Origin: the human T2T-CHM13v2.0 reference genome, Homo sapiens | Assembly: GCF_009914755.1 (NCBI RefSeq) | Contig: NC_060926.1 | Length of the DNA stretch: 64,000 nucleotides | Strand: one strand, 5' to 3' | In this document: positions 48,668 to 64,000 of the stretch, piece by piece | Layout of the letters: each line of letters begins with the position of its first letter | Numbering within the stretch: the stretch's first letter is position 1 | Notes under the pieces: model-generated | The model's input: the letters and a program-made list of their open reading frames with translations, nothing else | What the model was told of the DNA's origin: nothing | Database searches by the model: none | Made by a program: the position numbers and the translations under genes

Positions 48668-48872
48668 CAAGGCCTCTCGAGTGCTGCAACATGGGTATTT
48701 GGGGCCGGATAATACTCTGTGCACCATAAGTTGTTTAGCAACATCTTTGGCCTCTACCCAGAAGATGGCAGGAGCACCTGACACCCAGTTGTGACAACCA
48801 AAAATGTCTCCAGACATTGCCAAATATCTGTGGGGGTGCAGGGTGCAAAGTTCCCTCATTTAAGAACCACTG
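48668..48872 (-). mobile_element. MER20, near full length
   Basis: cagttgtgacaaccaaaaatgtctccagacattgccaaat..taagaaccactg. Confidence 0.85.
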
Positions 48873-49539
48873 ACCTAGGGTGAACCGTGGTTCCACTACT
48901 TACTTTTCACATGACCTTGGACAAACAACCTTGTCCTCAAGGTCCTCTGTGCCCCCATGTCCTCACCTGTAAAATGGAAAAATAATAACGTGAGGTTAAT
49001 GTGAGGAATAAATAAGAATCCAGGAAAGCAATTGGCCCATCATGTAAGAGCTACTTTGCCCATAACCCTAGGGTGCCTTCCCTCCAAACACAAAGCTGTG
49101 CACAGAGGAGGTACACAGTGAAGATCTGCTGTTGTATAGCTGTGGGGATGAATCAATTAACCATTTCAGTAATAAATGAACAAAAAACTGAATGTCCTGA
49201 TCTGTGCACTAGTGCATTTGCTGACTGAAGATGTCCTGGCATCCTCTCTCACCATCAAAGAGGAGTTAGGATTAAAGACTCCACAGCCAGGCTACCTGGG
49301 TTCAAGTTGAGCTCTGCCACTCAGGAGTTATGTGAGCTCAGGCTGGTTATTTAGCCTGCCAATGCCTTCATTTCCTTATCTGTAAAATGGGGTAATAAAA
49401 GTGCTTACCTCACAGGGCAGTGAGAGTGAAATGAATTAATACATGTATTGTACCCAGCACAGGCTGGGTCTCCATCATGCCTGCTGCAATTGCTGCTACA
49501 GCAATTAACATTAATCCTATCACACTCCTCTTTTATAGC

Positions 49540-49970
49540 CCTCCAGCCACACTCCTCCGAGGGTGCCAAGAACAATCCCATTTCCAAGCCTTTGCACTTG
49601 CCACTCCCTCTGCCTGGATTGCTCTCCTTCCCAGACATTAGCAGCCCTCCAATCCTTACTTCATCAAGGTCTCTCTTCATGTGGCTCTTTGGAAAGTCCT
49701 CCCCTGACCACCATAAATAAAACAGCAGCTTCACCACCCTACTCACCCTGGGCTTTTTGCAACATAGCAATTACCCCTGCCTGGCATTATCTATCCTGGT
49801 CAGTACAGCACAGTGCAATGCAGTGCAGTATAGTACAGATCTCTTTATTGGCTTATCTCTCCCCCAGCTCACATAAATGTTCCAAGAGAGCAGAGAATTT
49901 GATTGACAACTATATTCCCAGCATCTAGAACAATGCCTAGAGCATAGTACGTAATTATAATGAATGGTGA
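49540..49970 (+). mobile_element. L2 3' fragment (MIR fragments flank it at ~48880-49480)
   Basis: gcctttgcacttgcc..ccctctgcctgga; tattcccagcatctagaacaatgcct. Confidence 0.6.
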
Positions 49971-51625
49971 GTGATATTTTACAGAAGGAAATTCCAAAGT
50001 CCTCACATAACCCATTTTCCATAACACAGAACTTATTTAAACTGGAGCCTAGAACAGTGTTTTTCACAAAAGATTTTGCTTATAGCAACCCATGCTTTAG
50101 AACGGAATATTGTAAAGACGTCCAGATCAGTTAGATTTGAGTTTCTCAAGTAGTGACTGTGGACTGCAGTGAAACAGTAACAGGAATTCCACCAAACAAG
50201 GTTCACAAAGTGAATGGCATTGGGAAATGATACAGAATCTTCTCGCACTGGAGGATGCATCATGCACAGGAGAAGCTCTAAGAAGTCCTATCGAGAAAAC
50301 AGGTGTTGAACCTGGGTTTGCTGAACTTATTTCACCAGAGACCCCATCCATTAACATCTGCATCACAAAGCACAATTGGGTAAACAGTGATCCAGCTGAA
50401 GTCTTTCCATTTACAGACACAGACAGAAAATGAGGCCCAGAAAGGTTAATTGACTCACTCAAGGTCATGCGACCATCTCCTGAATCGTAGAGCTGTGTGC
50501 TTTTCACTGCCCCTAATGTTGCCTAATGGTTCACTTAGCTATCCATTCACAGGAGGTCAGAAACTGAACACAGGCCTCAGATTCCAGTATCATTTTGACT
50601 AAATTATATGTAAAAATTGATGTACCGAATAGGATTTGCTTTCAATCTCACTATTCCAGAAATAGTCATTCATTCAACAAATATTTATTAAGTACGATGT
50701 GCCAGGAGCTGCACATTTTGCAGTTGGCTGCACAGAAGACTGACAATAAAATTAGCCTTAGAGAGATCAAAATTGATTGAACTATCCTTGATAAAACTGC
50801 TTCAAAGCAGGGACTTGCAAGAAATTGCATATTCACATTTCATTTGCTTCCATTAATAGTGCTCATATTTAGATCTGATGGTAATACTATGCTCTCAACT
50901 GGTGTGGGTCTGGAATAAAACACTCCCCTTGACTGTGCACACTGCAGAGAGGAAAAACAAAATGATTGGAGTCAGCTGGGCTTTTCTATTGAGCACCTGG
51001 ACCTACAGATTTTCCAATTTCAAGTTCATTCACATTTCATCTCTGGCTTCTACATTTTAGTTAAAAAGCATTTCTCTATTTGCTATTGTCCACTAAGGAA
51101 AATGCCTATTTAAAAATGGATTTCTTTTTTAAAGCATCTTGATTCACACATTTCAAAGCCCTTCAGAAAACAGGATTTCTCAAAAGCCATGTGATTCTAA
51201 AACATGCTACAGATTTCAGATGGAGAAAGATTCAAGATATTATTCTACATGATCTTTTCAATGAACTGATCGCATCTGTCTAGGAATAAGGAGAGTTGTC
51301 TTACGTTACTTCAAAAAAGATTCCAAATGAAAAAAATAATCTGGGCTTGAGAAGATCTAATGCCATGCCATTGAAGCCAGGTTTCAGCACAGACCCAACA
51401 TGTGTATAAGTAATAAAAAGAAACCTGAGATAACAGAAGCTCCTCAAGGTCCTTTGCCCTGGTGTATCTTTAAGGCCAAACTGTAAAGAGAATAAGCATG
51501 TACTTCCAGACCCAGCAAATGTCTTCTTTGCATTTTAAGGATGCACTCATCGTTTCTTCAGAAGCAATCCTGAAACCCAGTGTAGCAAAGCAAAGATAGT
51601 CACCACATAATACAAATAATCTGTG

Positions 51626-51631
51626 TTTATT
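51626..51631 (-). terminator. Candidate polyadenylation signal (AATAAA) of the DRD5P 3' UTR
   Basis: tttatt on + about 540 nt past the ancestral stop, followed on the minus strand by U/GU-rich sequence. A second AATAAA lies at ~51976-51981. Confidence 0.45.
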
Positions 51632-52166
51632 AGATACCAGAATAAATCAGGGAGACTTCTTAAGCTATGGTAAAGAGACCCCCACCAGCACAGAGAGAAG
51701 AAATGACACAAGCACAAAGCCACGGGAATCCAGACCCAGGAAAGCTGTGCTCCCACCACATCACTGCACACACACAAAACCTGCTGTTTAAAAATCAATT
51801 CAAACACAAACAAGTGACTGAAAAAGCCATTTGTTTAAAAAGGGAGGGGAGAGCATATTTTTTAAGGACCAAGTATCATTTTTTTTTTTTTTTTTTTTTA
51901 AGGAGCCAGCACCATACTCTCTTCTCTCACAGGATCATTGTTCCATCTCTGGTAGGCTGGGTACATTTGACTGAGTTTATTGCAACTGCTTCTGCCAATT
52001 CTTTGAACTACCAATCAATGGGGTGAGGTTTCTAAGCACACCAGCTACTACACAGAAACACATGATAAAGGGAGCAGTACTGGAAAGCCATGTATTTGCT
52101 TGTGTGTGCATGCTTGTCAATGTCTGTGTGGTTATGCAGATCCATGAGGGGGTTTCTTAATGCAGT

Positions 52167-53610
52167 TTAATGGAATCCATTTGGGGTGAAAGGTGTTATT
52201 TTGTCTAAAGAAATCTCCCCCTCGCAGTCCAGCTCTCAGACAGACTCTGCAACATGGTCACCATCTGGGGATGTCTGATAGATCTGGGACATGCGATCGA
52301 AAGGACTCTCCTCCTCCTCATCGTTGTCCACCTCCCGGTCCCCGGGGGGAACGGCGTTGGGCATCATGTGGATGTAGGCAGCTGCGATTTCCTTGTGGAA
52401 GACCGTGTCTTGGTTGTAGGAGATGAGCTCATTGCTGATGTTCACCGTCTCCACCGGCGTGCGGGAGCAGACGTGGCTGCACCCCAGCAGCTGGGCAAAC
52501 ACCTTCCGGAAGTCGGCGTTGAAGGCATAGTGACTGGGTTGAGTGAGGAGTTGGCCCAGCAGAACCAGATGAAGACATCGAATGTGGTCTCACTGACGCA
52601 GGGGAAGCCGGCCGGAGGGCCTTTGGGGTGTCCACTGCGGAAAGGGACCATGCAGTTAAGGATGAAGAAGGGCAGCCAGCAACACACGAAGACCCCCATG
52701 ATCACCGACAGGGTCTTGAGAACCTCGGTCTCCTTCTTGATGGAAAACCGCAGGCTGGTGTCGGGCGTGCAGCCTGCGCTGCTCCGGCAGCTCTGCACGT
52801 GCTCTGCGGCCCTCTCCAGGGAGGAAATCCTGCGGATCTGCACCTGGGCGATGCGGTAGATGCGCGTGTAGGTCACGATCATGATGGCCATGGGGATGTA
52901 GAAGCTGATGAGCGAGGAAGGGATGGCGTAGGTTCGATTCAGGCTGGAGTCACAGTTCTCTGCCCTCACGTCGGGCTCCCAAACGGCCTCCTCCCAGGGC
53001 GTCCAGTTGGCCAGGTTGTTTGGCAGGTCCAGCCCACCTCAAGAGACCGCCTGGTCCCTGTGCCAGTTGAGCTGGACCGGAATGAAGGAGATGAGGCTGG
53101 ACAAGGTCCAGGCCGGGCGGACCATGACCAAGGCCATGCGCTGGGTCATCTTGCGCTCGTAGCGGAAGGGCCTGGAGATGGCCCAGTAGCGGGCCACGCT
53201 GATGACCTGCTGACGCACAGGTTCAGGATGGAGGCGGTGGAGCACATGATGTCGAAGGCCACCCAGACGTCGCAGAACGCTTCAAAGGGCCAGTAACCGG
53301 CCACCTCGGCGACTGCCTTCCAGGACATGACCAGCAGCGCCACGAAGAGGTCTGACACAGGTAGAGACACGATGAAGACGTTGGTCATCTTGGCGCGCAG
53401 GTGGCGGCTCCACACGATGGCTGCGGACACCAGCACGTTGCCCAGCAAGGTCCAGATGACGAGTAGGGTCAGCAGGCAGGCGGTGACCACCTGCACGGGC
53501 CCCAGTGGCGGTGCCCCCGCCGAGCCCCCCACGGCATTCCCCTGCGCCAGCTGCTGGTATAGCGCTAACTGCCCCGGGTACGCGGTGTCGTTGCTCCTTG
53601 GCGGCAGCAT
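52167..53610 (-). pseudogene. DRD5P1/DRD5P2: Dopamine receptor D5 pseudogene (duplicated, full ancestral CDS span, disabled)
   Basis: Translated pieces match DRD5 from [14 protein letters not shown]...LLGNVLV (ATG at 53610) to ...KITPFTPNGFH-TAA (52167-52169). Lesions seen: 8-bp insertion AGCAGGTC at 53204-53211 (frameshift, stop after 154 aa at 53146), DRY changed to ARY, TGG->TGA at 53039-53041 and 52236-52238, and a 1-bp deletion in NPVIY near 52530. The 1444-bp span equals 1434 +8 +3 (extra Glu) -1. Which paralog this is cannot be resolved. Confidence 0.97.
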
Positions 53611-54300
53611 TTCGGGCTGGGCCGCAGAGTCGGTTTGTGCGCGATCCCAACTACAGCCCTGCGACCCCCAGGCAGCCCCATCGGGCACCCCGAGGATGCG
53701 CCCCCTCAGCCAAGGGACCCTCGAGCCCCAGAGGGCGCTCACCATGAGCTGCGCCGGGTCCCGGAGCGCGCGGGGACTTCTCTTGCTTCCTGAAGCGCCT
53801 CTGGCTCGGTGGCCGTGGTGCGCCCCTCCAGTCTACGCGATGGGCACAGGAAGCGGCTGGTGCCCGCTGACAGCCAGGGCTGTTCTCGGGAGTCTGCGGC
53901 GCGCCAGATGGCAGCGACAGCGGCTGTGTCTGGCTCGGAGCGAGAGAAGAGAGCAAGCCGCCACTGAGGGGCTGGGGCAGGCAGTCGCCGGCGCCGGGCT
54001 GCACTGCGGCGCTGCCGCGGTCCCTGAACGCTCCCCGGCCCCGCGTCCCGCCCCCCGCGCCTCCGCGCTGGACTCCAGCCCCACCTGTGCCTTGGCGCCC
54101 TAGCTCACCGCGCTCAGCGCGCCAGAGTGTAGTGGTGATCCCGCAGGTCCCAGGAGCGCCCCAGCGCCAGACCCTAGCCCCGGGCCGGGGAAAATTCTTC
54201 CCGGGAAGACCGAAGGGTGCTTGGCGTAGCCCTGGAGCCCTAGCCCTAGCCACGCTTGGGGAACAAGAGGTGGGGTAGGGATGAGGACGCGAGGGCTTCC
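52300..54300. promoter_or_regulatory. CpG island covering the DRD5 pseudogene body and 5' UTR/upstream region
   Basis: Visibly very high GC and dense CpG. GC-box-like CCCGCCCC near 54047. Boundaries approximate. Confidence 0.75.
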
Positions 54301-54699
54301 GGAGGGGGAAAGAGCATTTGAAGTGTAAAGGGGACGGCCTTATATTGCCCACAGACCTGAGTCCCAATCCGGACTTTATTCCTGGCTCTGCAACTTTAAG
54401 GGCCCTACATAACTTTACCCGGCCTTGGTTTCCTTCTCCACAGCGTGGGATAATGATTCCTACTCCTAGAACAGTGTCAGAACTCAGGGAAGCCGTCTAG
54501 GATGAGGTGTCCAGTAGACAGTGTCTCCTAGGAACAGGCTCCCGCTTCCCCCAGCCCCTCCCTCAACACCATGAGGCTGGGGCTTCACCTGACCTCTTGG
54601 GAGACTGTCCTTTTCCCCACCACCGCCCCCAGTCCTTCAGTGATTTTTCCTTTGGGGAATAATTTGGAATGAACCCAGAAGACAAGAGGAGGAAGAGAG

Positions 54700-54728
54700 C
54701 CCCCCCCCCCCCCCCCCCCCCCCGCCCC
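54700..54728. repeat. Poly-C tract (C24 then GCCCC)
   Basis: Uninterrupted C run at 54700-54723. Confidence 0.95.
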
Positions 54729-55513
54729 AGAGAGTTGGAAGCCTCTTCTTTGCAGGGCACTTTTACAGTCTTTCGCTTTTTCAACCTTGAGAGGGGTGGA
54801 TACATAGCTCAGTGTTGAACAGAAAAGGAACTGACGGGGCCCAAAACCCAGACTGAAAAAAAAATGATGGAAAACAATAAAGAGGGAAAACAGTGTTCCT
54901 GAGCTCTGAGTGCACCTCCCAGCTGACAAGTTGCATTTGTGAAGTGTTTCGGCCTCTGCTGGCGTTAAGCTCAGCTGAAGGCAGCTGGGAGAGAAAGGGA
55001 TGTGACAGCAGCCAGCTGCACAGCTCCGGCTGCGACCTGCTGGCCCAGACACCTGCAGCATGGTGAGGTCTAGTAACAGACTGGACTTTCTCCTCCCTTC
55101 CTAGTCTCCCCCTTCACCAAATGCACTTGCACCCTGGACCAACACCTGCAAGTGGCCCAGCTTCTCAGACTTAGGCTGCTCAGCCTACACAGTCCCTTCC
55201 CCCAACCTCTTTCCCCTTCAGTGCTTTCTGCCGCTGGAGAAGGCAAGACCATCTGTCCAGGTGCCTAAACCTGAAACTGAAGAGCCATCCTCACCTTCGG
55301 TCTCTCCTCATCTTCTAGGAGCTGGATCACTCCTCTGGCCATGGACATCCCTGTCCAGAATTGTGCCTCCTCCACCCTGTTTGAAGGTGGCATTCTCCTG
55401 GCCTCCAGGCTCTGCCCTGACCCTCTGTCTTCCCAGAGGCAGTGATCTTTCCTGAATGTGACTATGCTCATGTCACTCCCCTGATGAAACACCCTCAGTG
55501 TGTTTCATGATCA

Positions 55514-55812
<299 letters not shown>

Positions 55813-56403
55813 GACCATATCACCCAAATATGAGAAATTCTCCCATATATACATACTTGTATCTAGATGACTAATCTCTGGAAAGTTATAAGAAAACACT
55901 GGTTCTTTCCAAGGAAGGGATGGCCAAAAGGTAGGCTAACTTAACATTGTTCACTCTTTTTAAGACCTTTGTATTTCTTGTATCATGCACAGGTATTGCC
56001 TATTCAAAAACAAACCTACAACAGGGAAAGACTGAAAGCTTTTCTTCAATATCTGCTACAAGGCAAGGATGCCTACTCTTAACACTTATATTCAACATAG
56101 TCCTAGCCAGAGCAATCACATAAGAAAAGGAAATAAAAGGCATCAGCAGAAAAAAGGGGGTAAAATTATCCCTGTGTGCAGATGACATGATCCTGTATGT
56201 AGAAACCCCTAAAAATTCCACAGTTACTAGAATAAATGAATTCAGTCAAGTAGCAGGATACAAAATCAATATACAAAAATCAGATGCATTTCTTTATACA
56301 AATAATGATCTGAAAAAAAATCAAGAAAACATTTCCACTTAAAATAACATCAAAAAGAATAAAACACCGAGGAACAAATTTAATGAAGGAAGTGAAAGCT
56401 TTA

Positions 56404-56825
<422 letters not shown>

Positions 56826-58082
56826 CTATCCAAAGTGATCTACAGATTCAATGCAATCCCTATCAAATTTCCAAAGGCATTTTTCACAAAAATAGAAAAC
56901 ACAATTCTAAAATTTGTATTAAATCATAAAAGACCCTGAATAGCCAAAAGAATCTTGAGAAAGAAAAACAAAGTAGAAGGTATCACACTACCTGATTTCA
57001 ACTTATATTACAAAGTGATAGTTATCAAAACGTATGGTACTGGCATAAAAGCAGACACATGGATCAATGGAACTGAATACAGAGCCCAAAAATAAACCCA
57101 AACATATATTATGAGCTAATTTTTGACAAGTCCAATAAGATACAATAGGGAAAAGATGGTGTCTTCAATAAGTAGTGGTAAGAAAACTAGATATCTATAT
57201 GCAAAAGAATGAAACTGGACCTGATGCCTATCTTACACATCATACATAAAAAGCAACTCAAATAGATTAAATACCTAACACCTGAAACCATAAAACTCCT
57301 AGAAGGAAATATAGGAGAAAAACTCCTTAATATCCTCCTTGACAATGATTTTTTGGATATCACACCAAAAGCTCAGGCAGCAAAAGCAAAAATAAGCAAG
57401 TGGGACTACATCAAGCAAATAAGCTTCTGCATAGCAATAAAAAAAAACAAAATGGGGTAAAAAGGTAGCACAGGGATTAGGGGAAAATATTGGCAAACCA
57501 CACATCTGATAAGGGGTTAAAATCCAAAACATATAAGGAACTCACACAACTCAGTAGCAAAAAAAAAACCCCAAATAACTGGATTTTAAAATAGGCAAGG
57601 ACCTGAATAGCCATTTTTCCAAAGTCACACAAATGGTCAAATGGTATATGAAAAGATGCTCAATATCATAATCATGAGGAAAATGAAAATTAAAACCACA
57701 ATAGATATCATCTCGTGTCTCTTAGAATGACTATTAACAAAAAGGCAAAGACATAAGTGTTGGTGAGGATGTGTAGAAAATGAAACCTTTGTACATGGTT
57801 GATAGGAATGTAAATTAGTATAGCCATTATTGAAAACAGTATAGAGTTTCCTTAAAAAAAAATACAACTACCATAAGATCCAACAATGCCTCTGTTGGGC
57901 ATATATTCAAAGGTAATAAAATCAGCATCTGAGAGAGACATCTGGATTCCCATGTTCATGGCGGCATTACTCCCAATAGCCAAGACATGGAAACAAACTA
58001 AGTGTCCTAATGGACAATTTACTTACCCATTCAAGGACAGATGAATGGATAAAGAAATTGTGACATTTGTTTATACATATAT

Positions 58083-58287
58083 TAAGTCCTCCCTTAATGT
58101 CATCAATAGGTTCTTGGGAACTGAGACGTTAAGCTAAATGAACATACAGCAGGTCCTCAAGTAACACTGTTTCCTTCAATCTAATTTTGGCATAATGCAA
58201 AATGAAAAAAAAATCAGTTTTGTCATACTTTTTTTCCCCTCTTAACCACAGTTTCTAAGAACTTACTGATGACAATGAGGACTTTAT
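58083..58287 (+). mobile_element. MER6B-like Tigger MITE nested in L1
   Basis: Long imperfect terminal inverted repeats (taagtcctc..tcaataggttcttgggaactg / cagtttctaagaacttactga..gaggacttta), with internal cagcaggtcctcaagtaac. Confidence 0.7.
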
Positions 58288-58924
58288 ACAATGGAATAGT
58301 TAGCTTTAAGAAAGGAGATACTGCCATTTGTGACAACATGGATGAACTGGGAGGAAAGTATGCTAAATAAAGTAAGCCAGACACAGAAAAATACTGTATG
58401 ATCTCACTTAAGAAGCAGAATGGGAGGCAGGGGGGTGAGAAGCTGAATGTATAGAGAGTAGAATGGTGGTTATCAAGAGTCTGGAGGTAGGGGATGGGTG
58501 GGATGGGCAGAAGTAGGTCTGAGGGTACAAATCTGCAGTTAGGTAAGATGAATAATTCTAGAGATCAAATTAATACACAGCATGAGAACCATAGTTAATA
58601 ATATTGTGTACTGGAAATTTGCTGAAAGAGATTTTAGGTGTACATACACAGAGAGTAACTATGGAAGGTGAAGGATACAGACATTTGTTTGACCATAGTA
58701 ATCATTTCACTATGTATACAAAGCATGTTGTATACCTCAGATATGTATAATAAAAATAAATGAAGAAAAAAACAAAAAACTGTATCCTACCTGCCAAAAA
58801 CAGTTTCAAATGCATTATGTCTTTGGATTTAGCATGGAATTCACCTTTGCAGGCCCACTTACCTACAACATTATAAATATACCAGGTGATTCATTGTACT
58901 ATTCACAGTAAAAGATTGAAAGAA

Positions 58925-59584
<660 letters not shown>

Positions 59585-61827
59585 TTAAAAGTTGAGGGAA
59601 TTAACATTACAGAAAGTAACAAACCTCAAGGAAGCAGCCACCTTCACCAGATGGACAGTCTACCTCACTCTTCCCACGCTCCAGTAGTTACTGAATGCCA
59701 GTCCCCTCCCTCCATTCAGTCTGCCCCACCTGCTGGCCTTCTAGAGCCTCAGAGCAGTCCTATTCCCACACCTCCAAACACATCCATACACTGTGATGGT
59801 GGATCTGGGACCACCAGTTGAGAGGAAATGTGTTGTGTTTCCACTCTTCAGACAAACAGAGTGTTATTTTATTGAGGTTTGGGATTTTTTCTTGCATTAA
59901 CAGGGTTTCTAGATCCCAGTAGGTGAATGAGAAAGAAGTATGCTTTTATTGCATAAGGAATTTGTTTCTGATACACCAAAGTGATGATGTATGACTTTTC
60001 TTAAAGAAGTGGTTATTAGAAGAGTTAAAAATCAATAGAAACAAAAAGTCATAGGTATTGTTCCAATACTCCAGGAACATCACAATTTGGATTCTGTAGA
60101 TGTGTGTAATATAATGTGTAATATTACATTCTGACAACCTCAAGTTGAAAACTGCACAGCTGAAGATCACTTATAGTCAATAACACTTTTCAAACTTTAA
60201 TTTTAAATTCATTAAGTCTCTCCCTAATGTATCATACTTTTTAATAAAGGAAACTGTCAGATACGCTATAATACAGAGGAAAACGTTTATATACTCTTTC
60301 ATTATAATTTTTCCACAACTTCCAAAATGAAGAAAAAGACATGGAAACATTAAGTTCAGAGAATAATTGTGGCAGACAATTCCCTCCTCCTGAAAGTTCA
60401 ATTACCCCAACACAGGCAAAATTTCTTACTAACTCAAAAGGAACTGAATTCACATATAAAGACAAACGTGGGATTCTGTTGAGTTCTGTTGGACACAGAA
60501 CACAATTGCTCAAGCACTGGTTGGGCACCTGTATTCTAATAGCTCACGATTACTGAGCACTCCATGTCTGGGAAGAGCCAGTGCTGGGTGCCTGGCATGC
60601 ATCCTTGCACCTCATCAGCACAACTATCCTATGGGCTCATCCTGGTTCACCTATTTTATAAAAGAGAACACTAGCATCAGAGAAGTTAAAAAATTTGCCT
60701 AAAAACATCCAGAGTAGGTTTCATCGTTGCCCACTACTTTATAATGCTTTCCCAAGGGTACTGAGACGTTATCAAAACATGTTAGTGAAACAGTCTAAAA
60801 CATCACAAATTTTAGGTTTAATACAAAATACCCAGAAAAGGGCAGCGTTATTAGAAATCTCAGCATAATGTAATAATAAGAACTTATGATGATTTTATTC
60901 TTTTCCTATTTTTTCTCCCGTACAGGCATATGAAATACCATAAAACTTATTTTAGTGGTGTGTGTGTACATGTAGTTTCAGGATAATATAGTAATCTAAA
61001 ACATTTTTAATATGGCAAAGTGTGGCAATACTAAATTTTTAAAAAGGATTTTTATTTAGCAAACAGAAAGCAAAAATGTTGTCCAAGTAACATGCATTTA
61101 TTTTATCCCTAGGAATGTACCTTTCCTTCTGCAAAGGATGTGAGATCCTGGCATGTAAATGAACATGAGGGACTAGTCATGAAAATACTGTATATTCAAT
61201 TCCTTAAATTCTAAAATTGTCTTAGCATTTAACATCTAACACGCTAAACAATCTTTTTTCATATTCAATAAAAATAAAGACAAATTCAGTAAATTCAGAT
61301 GGGCTATTTTATCACGTACATTTTAAAAAAGCAAGGGTAATTTTTCAACTGATTTTCTTTTACCGTGATACAAGTCAATGAGAAAATATGAAATTGAAAC
61401 ATATCACCATTTCTCAGTGTTTACAAGTGGTAAGTCACAAGGAAAACCTTCCAAGATCTTCTGTGTTGTTTTTAAAAGGTATTATAATCACATAATTTGG
61501 GAAACAATGTGTACTATTATCAAGAAACCTTTCATATTTTGTGAAATGGAGCACTTCCCAAATTTAAGAGACTATGGAAACCTTTTTCAGACATTTTTTA
61601 ACATCCTCAGAAATGGAAATTCTTGTTAATGCTGATCTGATCAATTCCTCCAAGTATATGGACTACTTCTTTGCAAACTCCAAGCCCCCAAATCAAATTA
61701 CCTGTTCAACCGTATCTGAAAATCAGTTACATACAAGCATCAGAAAGTGTTTCTCCCAGCAACATAGACCCAAAACACACTACAAAACAAAAATTATCAA
61801 GAACATACAAAAGACATATCTTTTCAT

Positions 61828-62179
<352 letters not shown>

Positions 62180-62409
62180 TCACTGATCTACCTGTCATAA
62201 CTCTTGCACCTAATCTTCTACTTATATCATAGGAGAGTGTTCCTCTTAAAATATAAATAAGATCATGGTGTTCTTCTTTTCAGGAACATTCAATGGCCTC
62301 CCATTCCATTGCTATTAAGCACAAACTACTGACACATCACCTTATGGTTGTGTGAGATATACTGAGCCGTCCTTCTTGTCCTCACATCTCTAATCTTCTC
62401 ACCTTCTGA

Positions 62410-62923
<514 letters not shown>

Positions 62924-63122
62924 CAGGCAATTCCTCTTTATCAAACTTTATTTTTACCATGGAACTTGCCAAACACATTATAATTAACTGATTTTTTTTA
63001 AGAGTTGAGTTACCTAACATTAAAATATAAACTCTATGCAGAGAATTCTACCTGCTTTGTACACTGATATGATTTCCAACATCTGACATACAGTAGGTAT
63101 TCAATAAATTCTATTGTCTAAA

Positions 63123-63262
63123 AGCCGGCTGCAGTGGCGCATGCCTATAGTACCTGCTACTTGAGAGGCTGAGGCAGGAGGATCACTTGAGCCCAGGAGT
63201 TGGAAACCAGCCTGGGCAATGTAACAAGACACTGCCCCTTAAAAAAAAAAAAAAAAAAAAAA
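63123..63262 (+). mobile_element. FLAM-like Alu monomer
   Basis: Single arm followed by an A tail. Confidence 0.8.
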
Positions 63263-63427
63263 AGCTATGAAATAAAATGTAATGGAACAGAAATAATTAT
63301 CACTTCACTTCTGAATCAGTTGAAAATAAATAACTGCCCCAAAAATGAGGAAACCTACAGTAATCCTCTTTAATTCATATTGGATTTTAGGTTACTATTA
63401 AAATATTTTGCTATCTCAAGAATTCAG

Positions 63428-63690
63428 CAGGCTGAGCAGAGCAGATGGCTTGAGCCCAGGAGTTCAAGACCAGTCTTGGCAAAATGGCAAAACCCCATCT
63501 CTACAAAAAAATACAAAAATTAGCCAGGCATGGGGGCCCACATCCATGGTCCCAGCTACTCAGGAGGCTGAGGTAGGAGGGTCGCATGAACCCAGTAGGC
63601 AGAGGTTGTAGTAAGCCAAGATCATGCCACTGCACTCTAACCTGGGCAACAGAGCAAGACCCTGTCTCCCAACCAAAAAAAAAAAAAAAA
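63428..63690 (+). mobile_element. 5'-truncated AluJ
   Basis: Diverged dimer with an A tail. Confidence 0.85.
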
Positions 63691-64000
63691 TTCAGCTAGA
63701 AAAACCTTATATTTACTTTGATTAAGAAAATGTTTATAAACCAATACTTTATGATGCACACTGGTGAATATGAAGTTATACCTGAAGTAATATTAAATGA
63801 CAGCTTTTCCATTTCTAGAATGTATGCCTCAACTACCTTAACTTAAACATGGTATTATCCAAGCTCACAGTATCTGAGAAGGTTTGTGTCGTCATCTAGC
63901 AAACTAAAGTCAAGCCCTCTGTATTTCCCCACCTGTGATCTTCAAAGATATGGTGCTCCTTGAGATTTCTGTAAGGTAGGTCTGTTCTAAAATGTGTGAA

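Noticed and set aside
52236-53245. ORFs 53039-53245, 52442-52969 and 52236-52502 as separate genes or a split receptor
   Set aside because: They are frameshifted pieces of one ancestral DRD5 CDS. There is no evidence of independent initiation.
52167-53610. Functional DRD5 gene
   Set aside because: Two frameshifts, two nonsense codons and loss of the DRY aspartate.
52254-54103. Long + strand ORFs (201, 222 and 258 aa)
   Set aside because: Antisense shadows of a GC-rich coding sequence and CpG island.

Overview
This is human (or closely related great-ape) genomic DNA with no intact protein-coding gene. It reads as a pericentromeric segmental-duplication mosaic. From left to right: (1) a repeat-dense block of L2, MaLR, Alu and old L1 (1 to ~22.6 kb); (2) a GC-rich unprocessed LSP1 pseudogene fragment on the minus strand, with two intact in-frame exons (22646-22723, 23094-23228); (3) a fossil chromosome end, TAR1 plus degenerate (TTAGGG)n (~27.67-28.57 kb), joined directly to a 3'-truncated L1PB-like element; (4) a DRD5-derived block containing a 5S rRNA pseudogene and a full-length but disabled DRD5 pseudogene (52167-53610, minus) with its CpG island; (5) an L1MA/Alu-rich, then AT-rich, right end. 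This layout matches what I recall of the 2p11 (DRD5P1) and 1q21 (DRD5P2) paralogous regions, and I cannot tell the two apart from sequence alone. I see no wholly new multi-gene system. The best lead is a possible chimeric transcription unit. A telomere-derived, TERRA-type CpG promoter is fused to a splice donor that could splice into the LSP1 exons, with a strong-Kozak AUG and an in-frame candidate terminal exon (~111 aa). Repeat subfamily names come from visual recognition and their boundaries are approximate.
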